Assembly: GCA_963767445.1 (NCBI GenBank)
Contig: CAVYEF010000001.1
Location: 3,204,869-3,236,868, forward strand
Reading direction: 5' to 3'
DNA: 32,000 nt
Origin: an uncultured Alphaproteobacteria bacterium
GTDB taxonomy: Bacteria > Pseudomonadota > Alphaproteobacteria > Rhizobiales > Xanthobacteraceae
The notes under the pieces were generated by a model. It saw only the letters and a program-made list of their open reading frames with translations. It ran no database searches and was not told the origin of the DNA. Positions 1 through 7,346 of this stretch are shown here, in pieces. The position numbers and the translations under genes are program-made. Position 1 is the first letter of the stretch. Every line of letters starts with the position of its first letter.

Positions 1-118
1 GGCGCAGCTCGACCGCCTGCAGCACGCCGCGCAGGCCGCGCGGGACCTGCAGGCTTCGCCGCCGAAGCCGCGCAAACGCTCCTCGCGGCGCGGGCGGGAT
101 TTCGTAAGGGTTTCCTTC

Positions 119-321
119 GTCGTCCCCGCGAAGGCACTAGGGCATGCACATATCTCTGTCGTCATTGCCGGGCTTGACCCGCGCATGACGAGATGTGTGC
201 ATGCCCTAGCGCGAAGGCGGGGACCCATACGCCGTGACGCTCGCGTTGACGCGCGACGTTGCAACGTCGTGCCAGACCACGAACGACGGTGGTTATGGGT
301 CCCCGCCTTCGCGGGGACGAC
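119..321. repeat. Composite REP: family-A inverted-arm element with a short family-B MITE inserted in the left arm hairpin
   Basis: GTCGTCCCC-GCGAAGGC-[ACTAGGGCATGCACATATCTCTGTCGTCAT...ATGACGAGATGTGTGCATGCCCTAGC]-GCGAAGGC-GGGGACCCATA ... TTATGGGTCCCCGCCTTCGCGGGGACGAC. There is an exact 8-bp direct duplication around the insert. Confidence 0.9.
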
Positions 322-361
322 GGCGGAATTTTTTTATAACGCCGTCGCCCCGAGGCCTGCC

Positions 362-988
362 ATGCACGCGCCGCTGCCGCCGATGTCCCGCCTCTCGCTC
401 AGCCTCGATGGCAGCATCGAGGGCTATGCCAGCCTGTTCGGCGAGGTCGACCAGGCCCGCGACATGGTGATGCCCGGCGCGTTCGCGCAGACGCTGAAGC
501 AACGCGGCCTGCGCAAGATCCCGATGCTGTTCCAGCACGATCCCTCCGAGCCGGTCGGGATCTGGCTCGACCTCGTCGAGGACTGGCGCGGCCTGAAAGC
601 GCGCGGCCGGCTGATCCCGGACGTGGCGCGGGCGCGCGAACTGCTGTCGCTGCTGAAAGCCGGCGCGGTCGACGGGCTGTCGATCGGCTACCGCACCGTG
701 CGCGGCCAGATCGATCCGAAGACCCGGGTGCGCCGGCTCTATCAGGTCGAGCTGTGGGAAATCTCCATCGTGACGTTTCCGCTGCTGAACGGCGCGCGGG
801 TCAGCGCGGTGAAAGCGGCGGCGCCGAAACTGTCGCGGCTGCGCGCCGCCGCCGAAGCCGAGTGGCGCAGCGTTGTGGCAGGTGGAGAGATCGGCGCACC
901 GCGTTCGCGGCATGCGCCGCTGGCGTCGAGGTTGAGCGATCGCGATGGCCGCAGAACCGCGCTGCGCGATGTCGCAAGGGCGCGGTGA
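362..988 (+). CDS. GTA g4-like HK97-family prohead (capsid maturation) protease
   Basis: Translation (SLDGSIEGYASLFGEVDQARDMVMPGAF...LFQHD...GLSIGYR...ELWEISIVTFPL) matches my recollection of HK97 prohead protease / RcGTA g4. It lies upstream of the capsid gene. The track ORF starts at 185 inside a REP element, so I chose the internal ATG at 362 (383 is an alternative). Confidence 0.85.
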   Translation: MHAPLPPMSRLSLSLDGSIEGYASLFGEVDQARDMVMPGAFAQTLKQRGLRKIPMLFQHDPSEPVGIWLDLVEDWRGLKARGRLIPDVARARELLSLLKAGAVDGLSIGYRTVRGQIDPKTRVRRLYQVELWEISIVTFPLLNGARVSAVKAAAPKLSRLRAAAEAEWRSVVAGGEIGAPRSRHAPLASRLSDRDGRRTALRDVARAR

Positions 989-997
989 CCTGTTCAT

Positions 998-1168
998 GTC
1001 GTCCCCGCGAAGGCGCTAAGGCATGCACACATCTCGTCATGCGCGGGCTTGACCCGCGCATCCATCCATCTTCGAAAGAGTCTTTCGAAGCGTGATGGAT
1101 TGCCGGGTCACGCCCGGCAATGACGACAGAGATATGTGCATGCCCTAGCGCGCAGGCGGGGACCCATG
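998..1168. repeat. Composite REP: single family-A arm split by a full-length family-B/C palindromic MITE (~134 bp)
   Basis: GTCGTCCCC-GCGAAGGC-[GCTAAGGCATGCACACATCTCGTCATGCGCGGGCTTGACCCGCGCATCCATC...GATGGATTGCCGGGTCACGCCCGGCAATGACGACAGAGATATGTGCATGCCCTAGC]-GCGCAGGC-GGGGACCCAT. Confidence 0.9.
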
Positions 1169-1448
1169 ATCACCGAAGCCAACAATTGCTCGCCGGCGTT
1201 GCGAGGCTTCTGCTTGACTGACAAGGCAGTAGGTATTGCATACAACGCCGCGATCGGTTGTCCTGCTCACGCTCTCCGCGACGAGGGACATACACCTCTA
1301 ACGAAGCAAACAGCGAGCACACAATTTTTCGTTTACTGAATGGAACTCGCGCCGAATCTCGACGCTGCCTTCGGCATCTTTCCAACCGCGCAAATTAAGC
1401 TAGCATGATCAGGTTGCCGCTTATCCTTTATCGATTGGAAATCTCATC

Positions 1449-2402
1449 ATGCAAAGAAAATCGACCTGCTTCATCACTGCCGCCGCCGTTGCCTTCGCCT
1501 CTGCCACCGCGACCCCTGTCCACGCGCAAGCATACCACACTTTTGTCTCGGGACTCGGCGACGACACACAGCCGTGCTCCCGCGGCGCGCCGTGCAAGAC
1601 GTTTGCCACCGCGCTCTCGAAGACCGCCGCCGGGGGCGAGATCAACTGCGTCGATAACGGCGGCTATGGTCCAGTGACGATCACCAAATCCATCACCATC
1701 GATTGCTCCGGGGCCAAGGCGACCATCCTTGCCCCGAGTACGACGGGCGTCAACATCAACGTCGATGTCGTGAGCGGCCTCATCGTTCGCCTGCGTAACC
1801 TTTATATCAACGGCCTGCTCAACATCAACCCGAGCAGAGGCATCGCGATCGTCGGAACGACAAACAACGACAACGCCATCAGCATCGAGAACTGCGTCAT
1901 CGATGGATTCACCACCAACGGGATCATCGACTCCGCCAAGAACGGCCGCCTGCTCATCAAGGATACGGTAGTCCGCAACAATTACGGACCCGCCGTCACG
2001 ATTGCATCGGCGTCGGGAACCTCGAGCGTCAAGGCGACGCTGGACAACGTCAGCACGTTCGACTCCGGTTTTGGTTTCGCGTTCGGCAACGGCGCGCAGG
2101 CATTGATCAAGAACTCGATCGCATCGCAGCACGTCACCGCGGGCGTGCAGGCGGATGCGGGCGCCACGGTCGCGATCGTGTCCAGCGTCATTCTGGGCAA
2201 CCCCACGGGTATCTCTGCGAATGCCGGTTCTAACGTCCGCGTCCGCAGCAGCGATATCTCCTACAATACCACCAGCAACGGCGGCGCGATCCAGTCGCAT
2301 ATCGACAACAGCTTCTTCGCCAATGGCGCTGCCGGCCCTGTCAATCCCGCTGCCGGTGGCGTTACCAGTCCGCAAGGCCTGCAGGTGAGAAGCTTGCCGT
2401 AA
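1449..2402 (+). CDS. Secreted right-handed parallel beta-helix repeat protein (accessory, not a canonical GTA gene)
   Basis: Sec-type signal peptide (MQRKSTCFITAAAVAFASATATPVHA-QA). N-terminal pattern FVSGLGDD..PC.RGAPCKTFA.AL..TAAGGEINCVDNGGYG, followed by repeated short N/G/I/V-rich beta-helix-like rungs. The region is visibly more A/T-rich than its flanks. Confidence 0.7.
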   Translation: MQRKSTCFITAAAVAFASATATPVHAQAYHTFVSGLGDDTQPCSRGAPCKTFATALSKTAAGGEINCVDNGGYGPVTITKSITIDCSGAKATILAPSTTGVNINVDVVSGLIVRLRNLYINGLLNINPSRGIAIVGTTNNDNAISIENCVIDGFTTNGIIDSAKNGRLLIKDTVVRNNYGPAVTIASASGTSSVKATLDNVSTFDSGFGFAFGNGAQALIKNSIASQHVTAGVQADAGATVAIVSSVILGNPTGISANAGSNVRVRSSDISYNTTSNGGAIQSHIDNSFFANGAAGPVNPAAGGVTSPQGLQVRSLP

Positions 2403-2414
2403 ACAAGACCTGAC

Positions 2415-2470
2415 GTCATTCCGGGATGCGCCCTGTTGGGCTCGCGCGAAGACGCGCGCCCCGGATTGAC
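2415..2470. repeat. Family-E palindromic REP (GTCATTCCGGG...CCCGGATTGAC)
   Basis: An inverted repeat with GTCAT/TGAC termini, lying between two convergent ORFs. The same family occurs at 27964-28063. Confidence 0.7.
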
Positions 2471-2526
2471 GGTCCTCTCGATGGATACGCGCGGCGACGG
2501 CGCAAACGACGAAACACCCGGCGCCG

Positions 2527-2940
2527 TCAGCAGCCGCGGCAGATGCTTAAGGAGCGATCGAGCTTTCGATCCAGCAGCCTGCCATGGGTACGGGTCTCGG
2601 CGCGGGCCTGACCGCGGCGCGAAGCGCGCGGCGCGAACATCTTGCCGCGCCGTTTGATCCGGACCGCCGGTACGGCGCGCGGCGATACCCGGCTCGACGC
2701 CACGGAGCCGGCGGAGGGCACCGCGGGTGCCGCCATGCTCGGCGGCGGCGGCGCCTGAATTCTCGCCGCATTGCCGACGCCGCTCGGGTCGTTGCCCGAA
2801 TTGTTGAGACCGCCGACGCTGCCGGGCCCGCGCGGAATTCCGCTCACGCCGGCGTCGCCCGCGTTCTGGGCGAGGCCTTGCAGCGGCGCCAGCAAACCGG
2901 CCAGCACGGCAAACACGGCAAACGTCGATCTGCGGGACAT
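2527..2940 (-). CDS. Small secreted Gly/Pro-rich hypothetical protein
   Basis: ATG preceded by AAGGA (6-nt spacer) on the minus strand. Clear signal-peptide-like N-terminus (MSRRSTFAVFAVLAGLLAPLQGLA-QN). The overlapping + strand ORFs look like GC shadow ORFs. The C-terminal third is Arg-rich and less convincing. Confidence 0.45.
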   Translation of the reverse strand: MSRRSTFAVFAVLAGLLAPLQGLAQNAGDAGVSGIPRGPGSVGGLNNSGNDPSGVGNAARIQAPPPPSMAAPAVPSAGSVASSRVSPRAVPAVRIKRRGKMFAPRASRRGQARAETRTHGRLLDRKLDRSLSICRGC

Positions 2941-3049
2941 CGGCGATCCTTTGTTTTGCGAAGACTACATCAACGAGCCCGCGGTGCCAGGGTTCCGACG
3001 CACGTGTCCCGAACGAATCAACGCTGCGCGCCGCATCGCGCCTGGAATC

Positions 3050-3218
3050 GTCGTCCCCGCGCAGGCGCTAAGGCATGCACACATCTCGTCATGCGCGGGC
3101 TTGACCCGCGCATCCATCCATCTTCGAAAGAGTCTTTCGAAGCGTGATGGATTGCCGGGTCAAGCCCGGCAATGACGACAGAGATATGTGCATGCCCTAG
3201 CGCCTGCGCGGGGACGAC
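3050..3218. repeat. Composite REP: family-B/C MITE flanked by inverted outer halves of family-A arms
   Basis: GTCGTCCCCGCGCAGGC-[B/C core differing by 1 nt from the copy at 998-1168]-GCCTGCGCGGGGACGAC. Here the 8-mers flanking the core are inverted rather than direct. Confidence 0.9.
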
Positions 3219-3274
3219 AGCGGCATTTTTTCACCGATCCCGCAACACCTCACCCAACCACAGGAGTATCCCTT

Positions 3275-4528
3275 ATGGACTTCGACATTTCAGACACCGC
3301 CCCCGAGCACAAGGCCGGCATCGCCGTTCGCGACGCCTACGACGATTTGCGCGTCACCTTCGAGGAGTTCAAATCCGCCAATGACGAGCGGCTGGCGAAA
3401 CTCGAGCGACGCCGCGGCGACGTGCTGCTGGAGGAGAAGGTCGAGCGCATCAACGCGGCGCTCGACCTGCAGAACCGGCGCATCGACGACGTCGCGCTTC
3501 GGCAGGGGCGTCCCGCGCTGGAAGGCCGCGGCCGGATCGTGCAGGACGCCGCCAACCGCGAGCACAAGAGCGCGTTCGACGCCTATGTGCGCTCCGGCGA
3601 GACCGCCGCGCTGCGCACGATCGAGACCAAGGCGATGTCGGCCGGCTCCGACGCCGACGGCGGCTATCTGGTGCCGGTCGAACTCGAGCACGCGATCGGC
3701 CAGCGGCTCGCCAGCATCTCGCCGATCCGCGGCCTCGCCTCGGTGCGCGAAATCTCCGGCTCGGTCTACAAGAAGCCGTTCATGACCGCGGGACCGGCGA
3801 CGGGGTGGGTCGGCGAGACCGACGCGCGCCCGCAGACCGCCTCGCCCGTGCTCGACGCGCTGTCGTTTCCGGCGATGGAGCTCTACGCCATGCCGGCGGC
3901 GACCGCGACGCTGCTCGACGACAGCGCCGTCAACATCGACGAATGGATCGCCGGTGAAGTCGAGCTCACCTTCGCGGTGCAGGAGGGCGCCGCGTTCGTG
4001 TCGGGGGACGGCAGCAATAAGCCGAAGGGCTTTCTCTCCTACAGCACGGTGGCGAATGCGTCGTGGGCCTGGGGCAGCCTCGGCACCATCGCCTCGGGTG
4101 CGGCCGGCGCGTTCGCCTCCAGCAATCCGTCCGATCCCTTGGTCGACCTGATCTATGCGCTGAAGGCGGGCTACCGGCAGAACGGCAACTTCGTGATGAA
4201 CCGCAAGACCCAGGCGGCGATCCGCAAGTTCAAGGACTCCACCGGCAATTACCTGTGGCAGCCGCCGGCGCAGGCCGGCGGGCGCGCCAACCTGATGACG
4301 TTCCCGATCGTGGAAGCCGAGGACATGCCGGACATCGCGGCCAATTCGCTGTCGATCGCGTTCGGCGACTTCCGCCGCGGCTACCTGATCGTCGACCGCG
4401 TCGGCGTCCGGGTGCTGCGCGACCCGTATTCCGCAAAACCCTACGTGTTGTTCTACACCACCAAGCGCGTCGGCGGCGGCGTGCAGGACTTCGACGCCAT
4501 CAAGCTGATGAAGTTCGCGGTGAGTTAG
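3275..4528 (+). CDS. GTA g5-like major capsid protein (HK97 family)
   Basis: GGAG 8 nt upstream of the ATG at 3275. N-terminal coiled scaffold-like delta region, then ...DADGGYLVP...ELYAMP...GDGSNKPKGFL...NGNFVMNRKT...YLWQP...LMTFPIVEAEDMP...GDFRRGYLIVDRVG..., typical of HK97-fold capsid proteins. The track ORF start at 3188 lies inside a REP element. Confidence 0.95.
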   Translation: MDFDISDTAPEHKAGIAVRDAYDDLRVTFEEFKSANDERLAKLERRRGDVLLEEKVERINAALDLQNRRIDDVALRQGRPALEGRGRIVQDAANREHKSAFDAYVRSGETAALRTIETKAMSAGSDADGGYLVPVELEHAIGQRLASISPIRGLASVREISGSVYKKPFMTAGPATGWVGETDARPQTASPVLDALSFPAMELYAMPAATATLLDDSAVNIDEWIAGEVELTFAVQEGAAFVSGDGSNKPKGFLSYSTVANASWAWGSLGTIASGAAGAFASSNPSDPLVDLIYALKAGYRQNGNFVMNRKTQAAIRKFKDSTGNYLWQPPAQAGGRANLMTFPIVEAEDMPDIAANSLSIAFGDFRRGYLIVDRVGVRVLRDPYSAKPYVLFYTTKRVGGGVQDFDAIKLMKFAVS

Positions 4529-4544
4529 CGTTAGCTCACCCGTC

Positions 4545-4777
4545 GTCGTCCCCGCAGGCGGGGACCCATAGCCACCGGCGAGCGTGGTTGCTGGTGGACC
4601 GTCGCAGGACCGTGCGTCAACACGAACGACACGGCGTATGGGTCCCCGCCTGCGCGGGGACGACGCGGAGTGAGATTCTCACATCGCGTCATACGCGGAC
4701 TTGATCCGCGTATCCATTGATCTCCGAAAAGCTTCTCACGAAGCGTGATGGATGCGCGGGTCAAGCCCGCGCATGAC
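4545..4777. repeat. Family-A inverted-arm REP followed by a diverged family-C palindrome
   Basis: GTCGTCCCCGCAGGCGGGGACCCATAGCCACCG...CGGCGTATGGGTCCCCGCCTGCGCGGGGACGAC, then GTCATACGCGGACTTGATCCGCGTATCCAT...GATGGATGCGCGGGTCAAGCCCGCGCATGAC. Confidence 0.9.
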
Positions 4778-4799
4778 GGAGATTCAGTCTGGACACTGC

Positions 4800-5435
4800 A
4801 TGCCGCAGCACGACGAGCCCTGGCAGCGCCATGCGCGCGAGCGCTGGATGCGGCCCGACGCGCATCGCTGGATACGCGCCGACGCCGCGCGCTTTCTCAA
4901 GCCCGGCACCGATCCCGCCGGCGTCTATCCGGCGCTGGCGCGCAAGCGCGACGCGGAAGACGCAGCGATTGCAGCACAGCTTGCGCAGGAGCGCGAACGC
5001 CTGGTCGCGCTGCGCGACGAACTGATATCGATCCAGGCCGAGCTGGAACGGCGGCGGCTGAAGCAAAGCAAATACAGCCCGAGCCAGCCGCGCGTGCCGA
5101 CGGGCAATCCGCGCGGCGGGCAATGGACCGATCGCAGCGGAGGTGCGGCTCAAGGCACCGGCCTCGCGTTGCCGATGGGCGACGCCGAACCCGGCGATGT
5201 CAGCGGGGCGAGCGATGTCGGCGATCCGTTTCAGATCACGCCGGACGACACGCGCGCGGACGGTGAACAGGTCGCGGATGTTATCAGGGTCTGCACAGTG
5301 ACCGGCGCTGGGCGGTCCACTGTCGATGGGGTTAAGACCCACTTTGTTATTTATGAGTGCGCTGGCGGAAGAACTTTTCGCAGGGATGGCGTCGGACACA
5401 ACTTTCGCGGCGTTGTTCTCGACCCGTTTCGGTGA
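4800..5435 (+). CDS. Polymorphic-toxin-like protein A: charged/coiled N-terminal region, conserved linker (SQPRVPTGNPRGGQWTDRSGG), short variable C-terminal domain
   Basis: ORF in the operon orientation directly after the capsid gene. I chose the internal ATG at 4800 because 4752-4799 is REP sequence. It shares a 150-nt perfectly identical segment and a further diverged linker with ORF 6107-6850, then diverges completely after TRADG-QVA. A tightly following small ORF fits a toxin/immunity layout. The function is inferred, not recognised. Confidence 0.6.
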   Translation: MPQHDEPWQRHARERWMRPDAHRWIRADAARFLKPGTDPAGVYPALARKRDAEDAAIAAQLAQERERLVALRDELISIQAELERRRLKQSKYSPSQPRVPTGNPRGGQWTDRSGGAAQGTGLALPMGDAEPGDVSGASDVGDPFQITPDDTRADGEQVADVIRVCTVTGAGRSTVDGVKTHFVIYECAGGRTFRRDGVGHNFRGVVLDPFR

Positions 5436-5483
5436 TTGAAACAATACGGCGCCTTGTCTGCGGGATAACGCAAGGACAATTGC

Positions 5484-5975
5484 ATGGTTCAGGTTAACGA
5501 TGACTTCTTCAACAGTCCCGGGCAGGTCGGGATTTCTTCCGCGGCGCTTGCGGAGGCGCGGAAGTTTGCGCGGGCGGTCGGGGCGTTGGATCATGGCGCT
5601 CAGATTGTCAGTATCGATTGGGCGTTGTCGCTCATCCTGCGGGAGCCCGGGCAGCCGGAACGGCAGGTTGGTCCCTGCGTGATGATCGGCGCCTATCGAC
5701 GGGATCAGGTGCCTGAACAATTCATCGATGTGATCGACGGATTGGAATTGGCATTCCAGATTCCGGATAATGCATGGCCTGCGGGCGCGCTGAGGATTGT
5801 CGACGTCGACGAGACCAAACCGTTCGGATTTGGGTTGCAATGGGTTTTCTCGCGCCAGCAGCGATTGTTCCGCGATCGAGCAATCGGATTTCCGCCGCGG
5901 CTACCTGATCGTCGACCGCGTCACCACCAAGCGCGTCGGCGGCGGCGTGCAGGGACTTCGACGCCATCAAGCTGA
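5484..5975 (+). CDS. Putative cognate immunity protein A (C-terminus chimeric, reads into the capsid-gene remnant)
   Basis: AAGGA 6 nt upstream of the ATG, and 48 nt downstream of the toxin-A stop. Lower-GC segment. The last ~27 codons are encoded by the out-of-frame capsid 3' remnant (from ~5895), so the native C-terminus has probably been replaced. I recognise no family. Confidence 0.45.
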   Translation: MVQVNDDFFNSPGQVGISSAALAEARKFARAVGALDHGAQIVSIDWALSLILREPGQPERQVGPCVMIGAYRRDQVPEQFIDVIDGLELAFQIPDNAWPAGALRIVDVDETKPFGFGLQWVFSRQQRLFRDRAIGFPPRLPDRRPRHHQARRRRRAGTSTPSS

Positions 5976-5995
5976 TGAAGTTCGCGGTGAGTTAG
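5895..5995 (+). pseudogene. Degenerate duplicate of the g5 capsid gene 3' end
   Basis: Aligns by eye to 4364-4528. It has one 54-bp in-frame internal deletion (equivalent to 4403-4456) and a 1-nt insertion (cagGgacttc). It ends in the same GTGAGTTAG stop context and is followed by the same REP element. Confidence 0.85.
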
Positions 5996-6011
5996 CGTTA
6001 GCTCACCCGTC

Positions 6012-6125
6012 GTCGTCCCCGCGCAGGCGGGGACCCATAGCCACCGGCGAGCGTGGTTGCTGGTGGACCGTCGCAGGACCGTGCGTCAACACGAACGACA
6101 CGGCGTATGGGTCCCCGCCTGCGCG
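6012..6125. repeat. Duplicate of the family-A REP at 4545-4655, truncated at its right arm by fusion to the toxin linker
   Basis: Near-identical to 4545-4655 (one 2-nt indel). The right arm ends ...GGGTCCCCGCCTGCGCG and continues directly into AACGCCTGGTCGCG of the toxin gene. Confidence 0.9.
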
Positions 6126-6850
6126 AACGCCTGGTCGCGCTGCGCGACGAACTGATATCGATCCAGGCCGAGCTGGAACGGCGGCGGCTGAAGCAAAGCA
6201 AATACAGCCCGAGCCAGCCGCGCGTGCCGACGGGCAATCCGCGCGGCGGGCAATGGACCGATCGCAGCGGCGGGCAGGGCACGGCGCAAGGCCAGGATCA
6301 GAGCCAGGACCCCGCCATCGCATCGCCGATGGGCGATGCCGAACCCGGCAACGTCAGCGGATCGAGCGACGTCGGCGATCTGTTCTCGACCAAGCCGGAC
6401 GTCACACGCGCTGACGGCGTGCAGGTCGCGGGTGACGGCTATCCGATTGATTTGCTCGAAGAACGCGAACTTGGCGGTCATGCAATCGAGCGTCACATCA
6501 GAAGTGACCAATCGCTCAAGTCCGACTTGGAAGCGCAGGTTGCCGGGGCCGTGCGCAAGGGCGACTCTGTTAGCGATATGCGGCAGGGTGCATTCAGCTC
6601 GCTCGAATCCGCGAACAAGCTTGTTAATGCAACTATCGCGGAAAATCCGGAACAGATTCGTCGGGTCGTCAGCGGGGTATCGCCGAAGGAAGAGCTCGAC
6701 CCAACCGGACGGGAAGCCGTTGCGCGCACGGGACGGTCGCAGATATATATTCGAGACACTTATGATGTGCGTGTTGTTATTGTACCGGACGGCTCGGTGG
6801 CAAAGGGCTTTCGAGTTGAGACGGCATTCCCGATGAACCGCAAGCGATGA
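6107..6850 (+). CDS. 5'-truncated polymorphic-toxin-like protein B with putative RNase-type C-terminal domain
   Basis: Nucleotides 6121-6270 are identical to 4991-5140 of toxin A. The region equivalent to the first ~64 codons of A is missing. In-frame starts are only available inside the REP element (ATG 6107 within tATGGGTCCCC, or 6053). The C-terminal domain has the GGHAIERHI and ETAFP motifs, which I recall from CdiA-CT RNase-type toxins. Confidence 0.55.
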   Translation: MGPRLRERLVALRDELISIQAELERRRLKQSKYSPSQPRVPTGNPRGGQWTDRSGGQGTAQGQDQSQDPAIASPMGDAEPGNVSGSSDVGDLFSTKPDVTRADGVQVAGDGYPIDLLEERELGGHAIERHIRSDQSLKSDLEAQVAGAVRKGDSVSDMRQGAFSSLESANKLVNATIAENPEQIRRVVSGVSPKEELDPTGREAVARTGRSQIYIRDTYDVRVVIVPDGSVAKGFRVETAFPMNRKR

Positions 6851-6854
6851 TGCC

Positions 6855-7346
6855 ATGCCAAAAGAATTCAAGATCGCACTTCGCCTGGCTTATGATGATC
6901 TGGGATCGCTACAGTCCTGGTCACGGGCAGCGAATTACCTGCGTGCACGGGAATTCCTTGAAGCGCTGGTCGGAGGCCCGCATCGGGTGGCCAAAACGCA
7001 TTTTGGCGACATTGATGAGTACGATATTTCATCCCAGGCGCAAATGAATGAATTCATAAGATTCAATTCGGAGTTGAAAAGGGCGAATCCCGAAACCGAT
7101 CCTGGTCGCGCGATGGCGCAAACTGGTCTGGACGTCCATTGCCTGTTCAACGGGATATCGATGACAATTCCCTACGGCACGGTGCAGAACTACCGGCTTG
7201 CTTCGGCGCTGGCATCTGAACTCACCGGTCCCGCCGGGCGCGCGGTTTCGGAAGAAGGAGACGAGACATTTTATCTCGAAACGCGAGAACAAATGGACGC
7301 GTTGTTTGCTTTGCAACGGAAGTTGAAAGTGAAGCGCGAAGATTGA
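6855..7346 (+). CDS. Putative cognate immunity protein B
   Basis: The ATG lies 4 nt after the toxin-B stop (tight coupling). 163 aa, acidic. This is the most A/T-rich segment of the window. I recognise no family; the role is inferred from position only. Confidence 0.5.
   Translation: MPKEFKIALRLAYDDLGSLQSWSRAANYLRAREFLEALVGGPHRVAKTHFGDIDEYDISSQAQMNEFIRFNSELKRANPETDPGRAMAQTGLDVHCLFNGISMTIPYGTVQNYRLASALASELTGPAGRAVSEEGDETFYLETREQMDALFALQRKLKVKRED

Noticed and set aside
1-184. Coding-like sequence at the left edge. Frame 2 is open from nt 2 straight through the REP element into the g4 ORF (AQLDRLQHAAQAARDLQASPPKPRKRSSRRGRDF...). Frame 3 ends at TAA 105-107.
   Set aside because: It is probably the 3' end of an upstream GTA gene (g3.5 or portal). 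I cannot decide the frame or the identity from ~100 nt. A read-through fusion with g4 across a REP element seems unlikely, so I did not call it as a feature.
300-340. T-runs just after REP arms upstream of g4 (GGCGGAATTTTTTTA, ~321-335) and upstream of g5 (GCGGCATTTTTT, ~3220-3232), which could be terminators.
   Set aside because: In each case the T-run is separated from the strong CCCCGC/GCGGGG hairpin by about 10 nt, and the nearer alternative stems are weak. Terminators directly in front of g4 and g5 would also contradict operon logic. I note them only as possible attenuators under the REP-saturation finding.
1205-1250. Possible sigma-70-like promoter (TTGACT ... TATTGCATACA) in the A/T-richer leader upstream of the beta-helix gene.
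   Set aside because: The spacing to any acceptable -10 hexamer is poor (14-20 nt depending on the choice). Alphaproteobacterial promoters are hard to call by eye.
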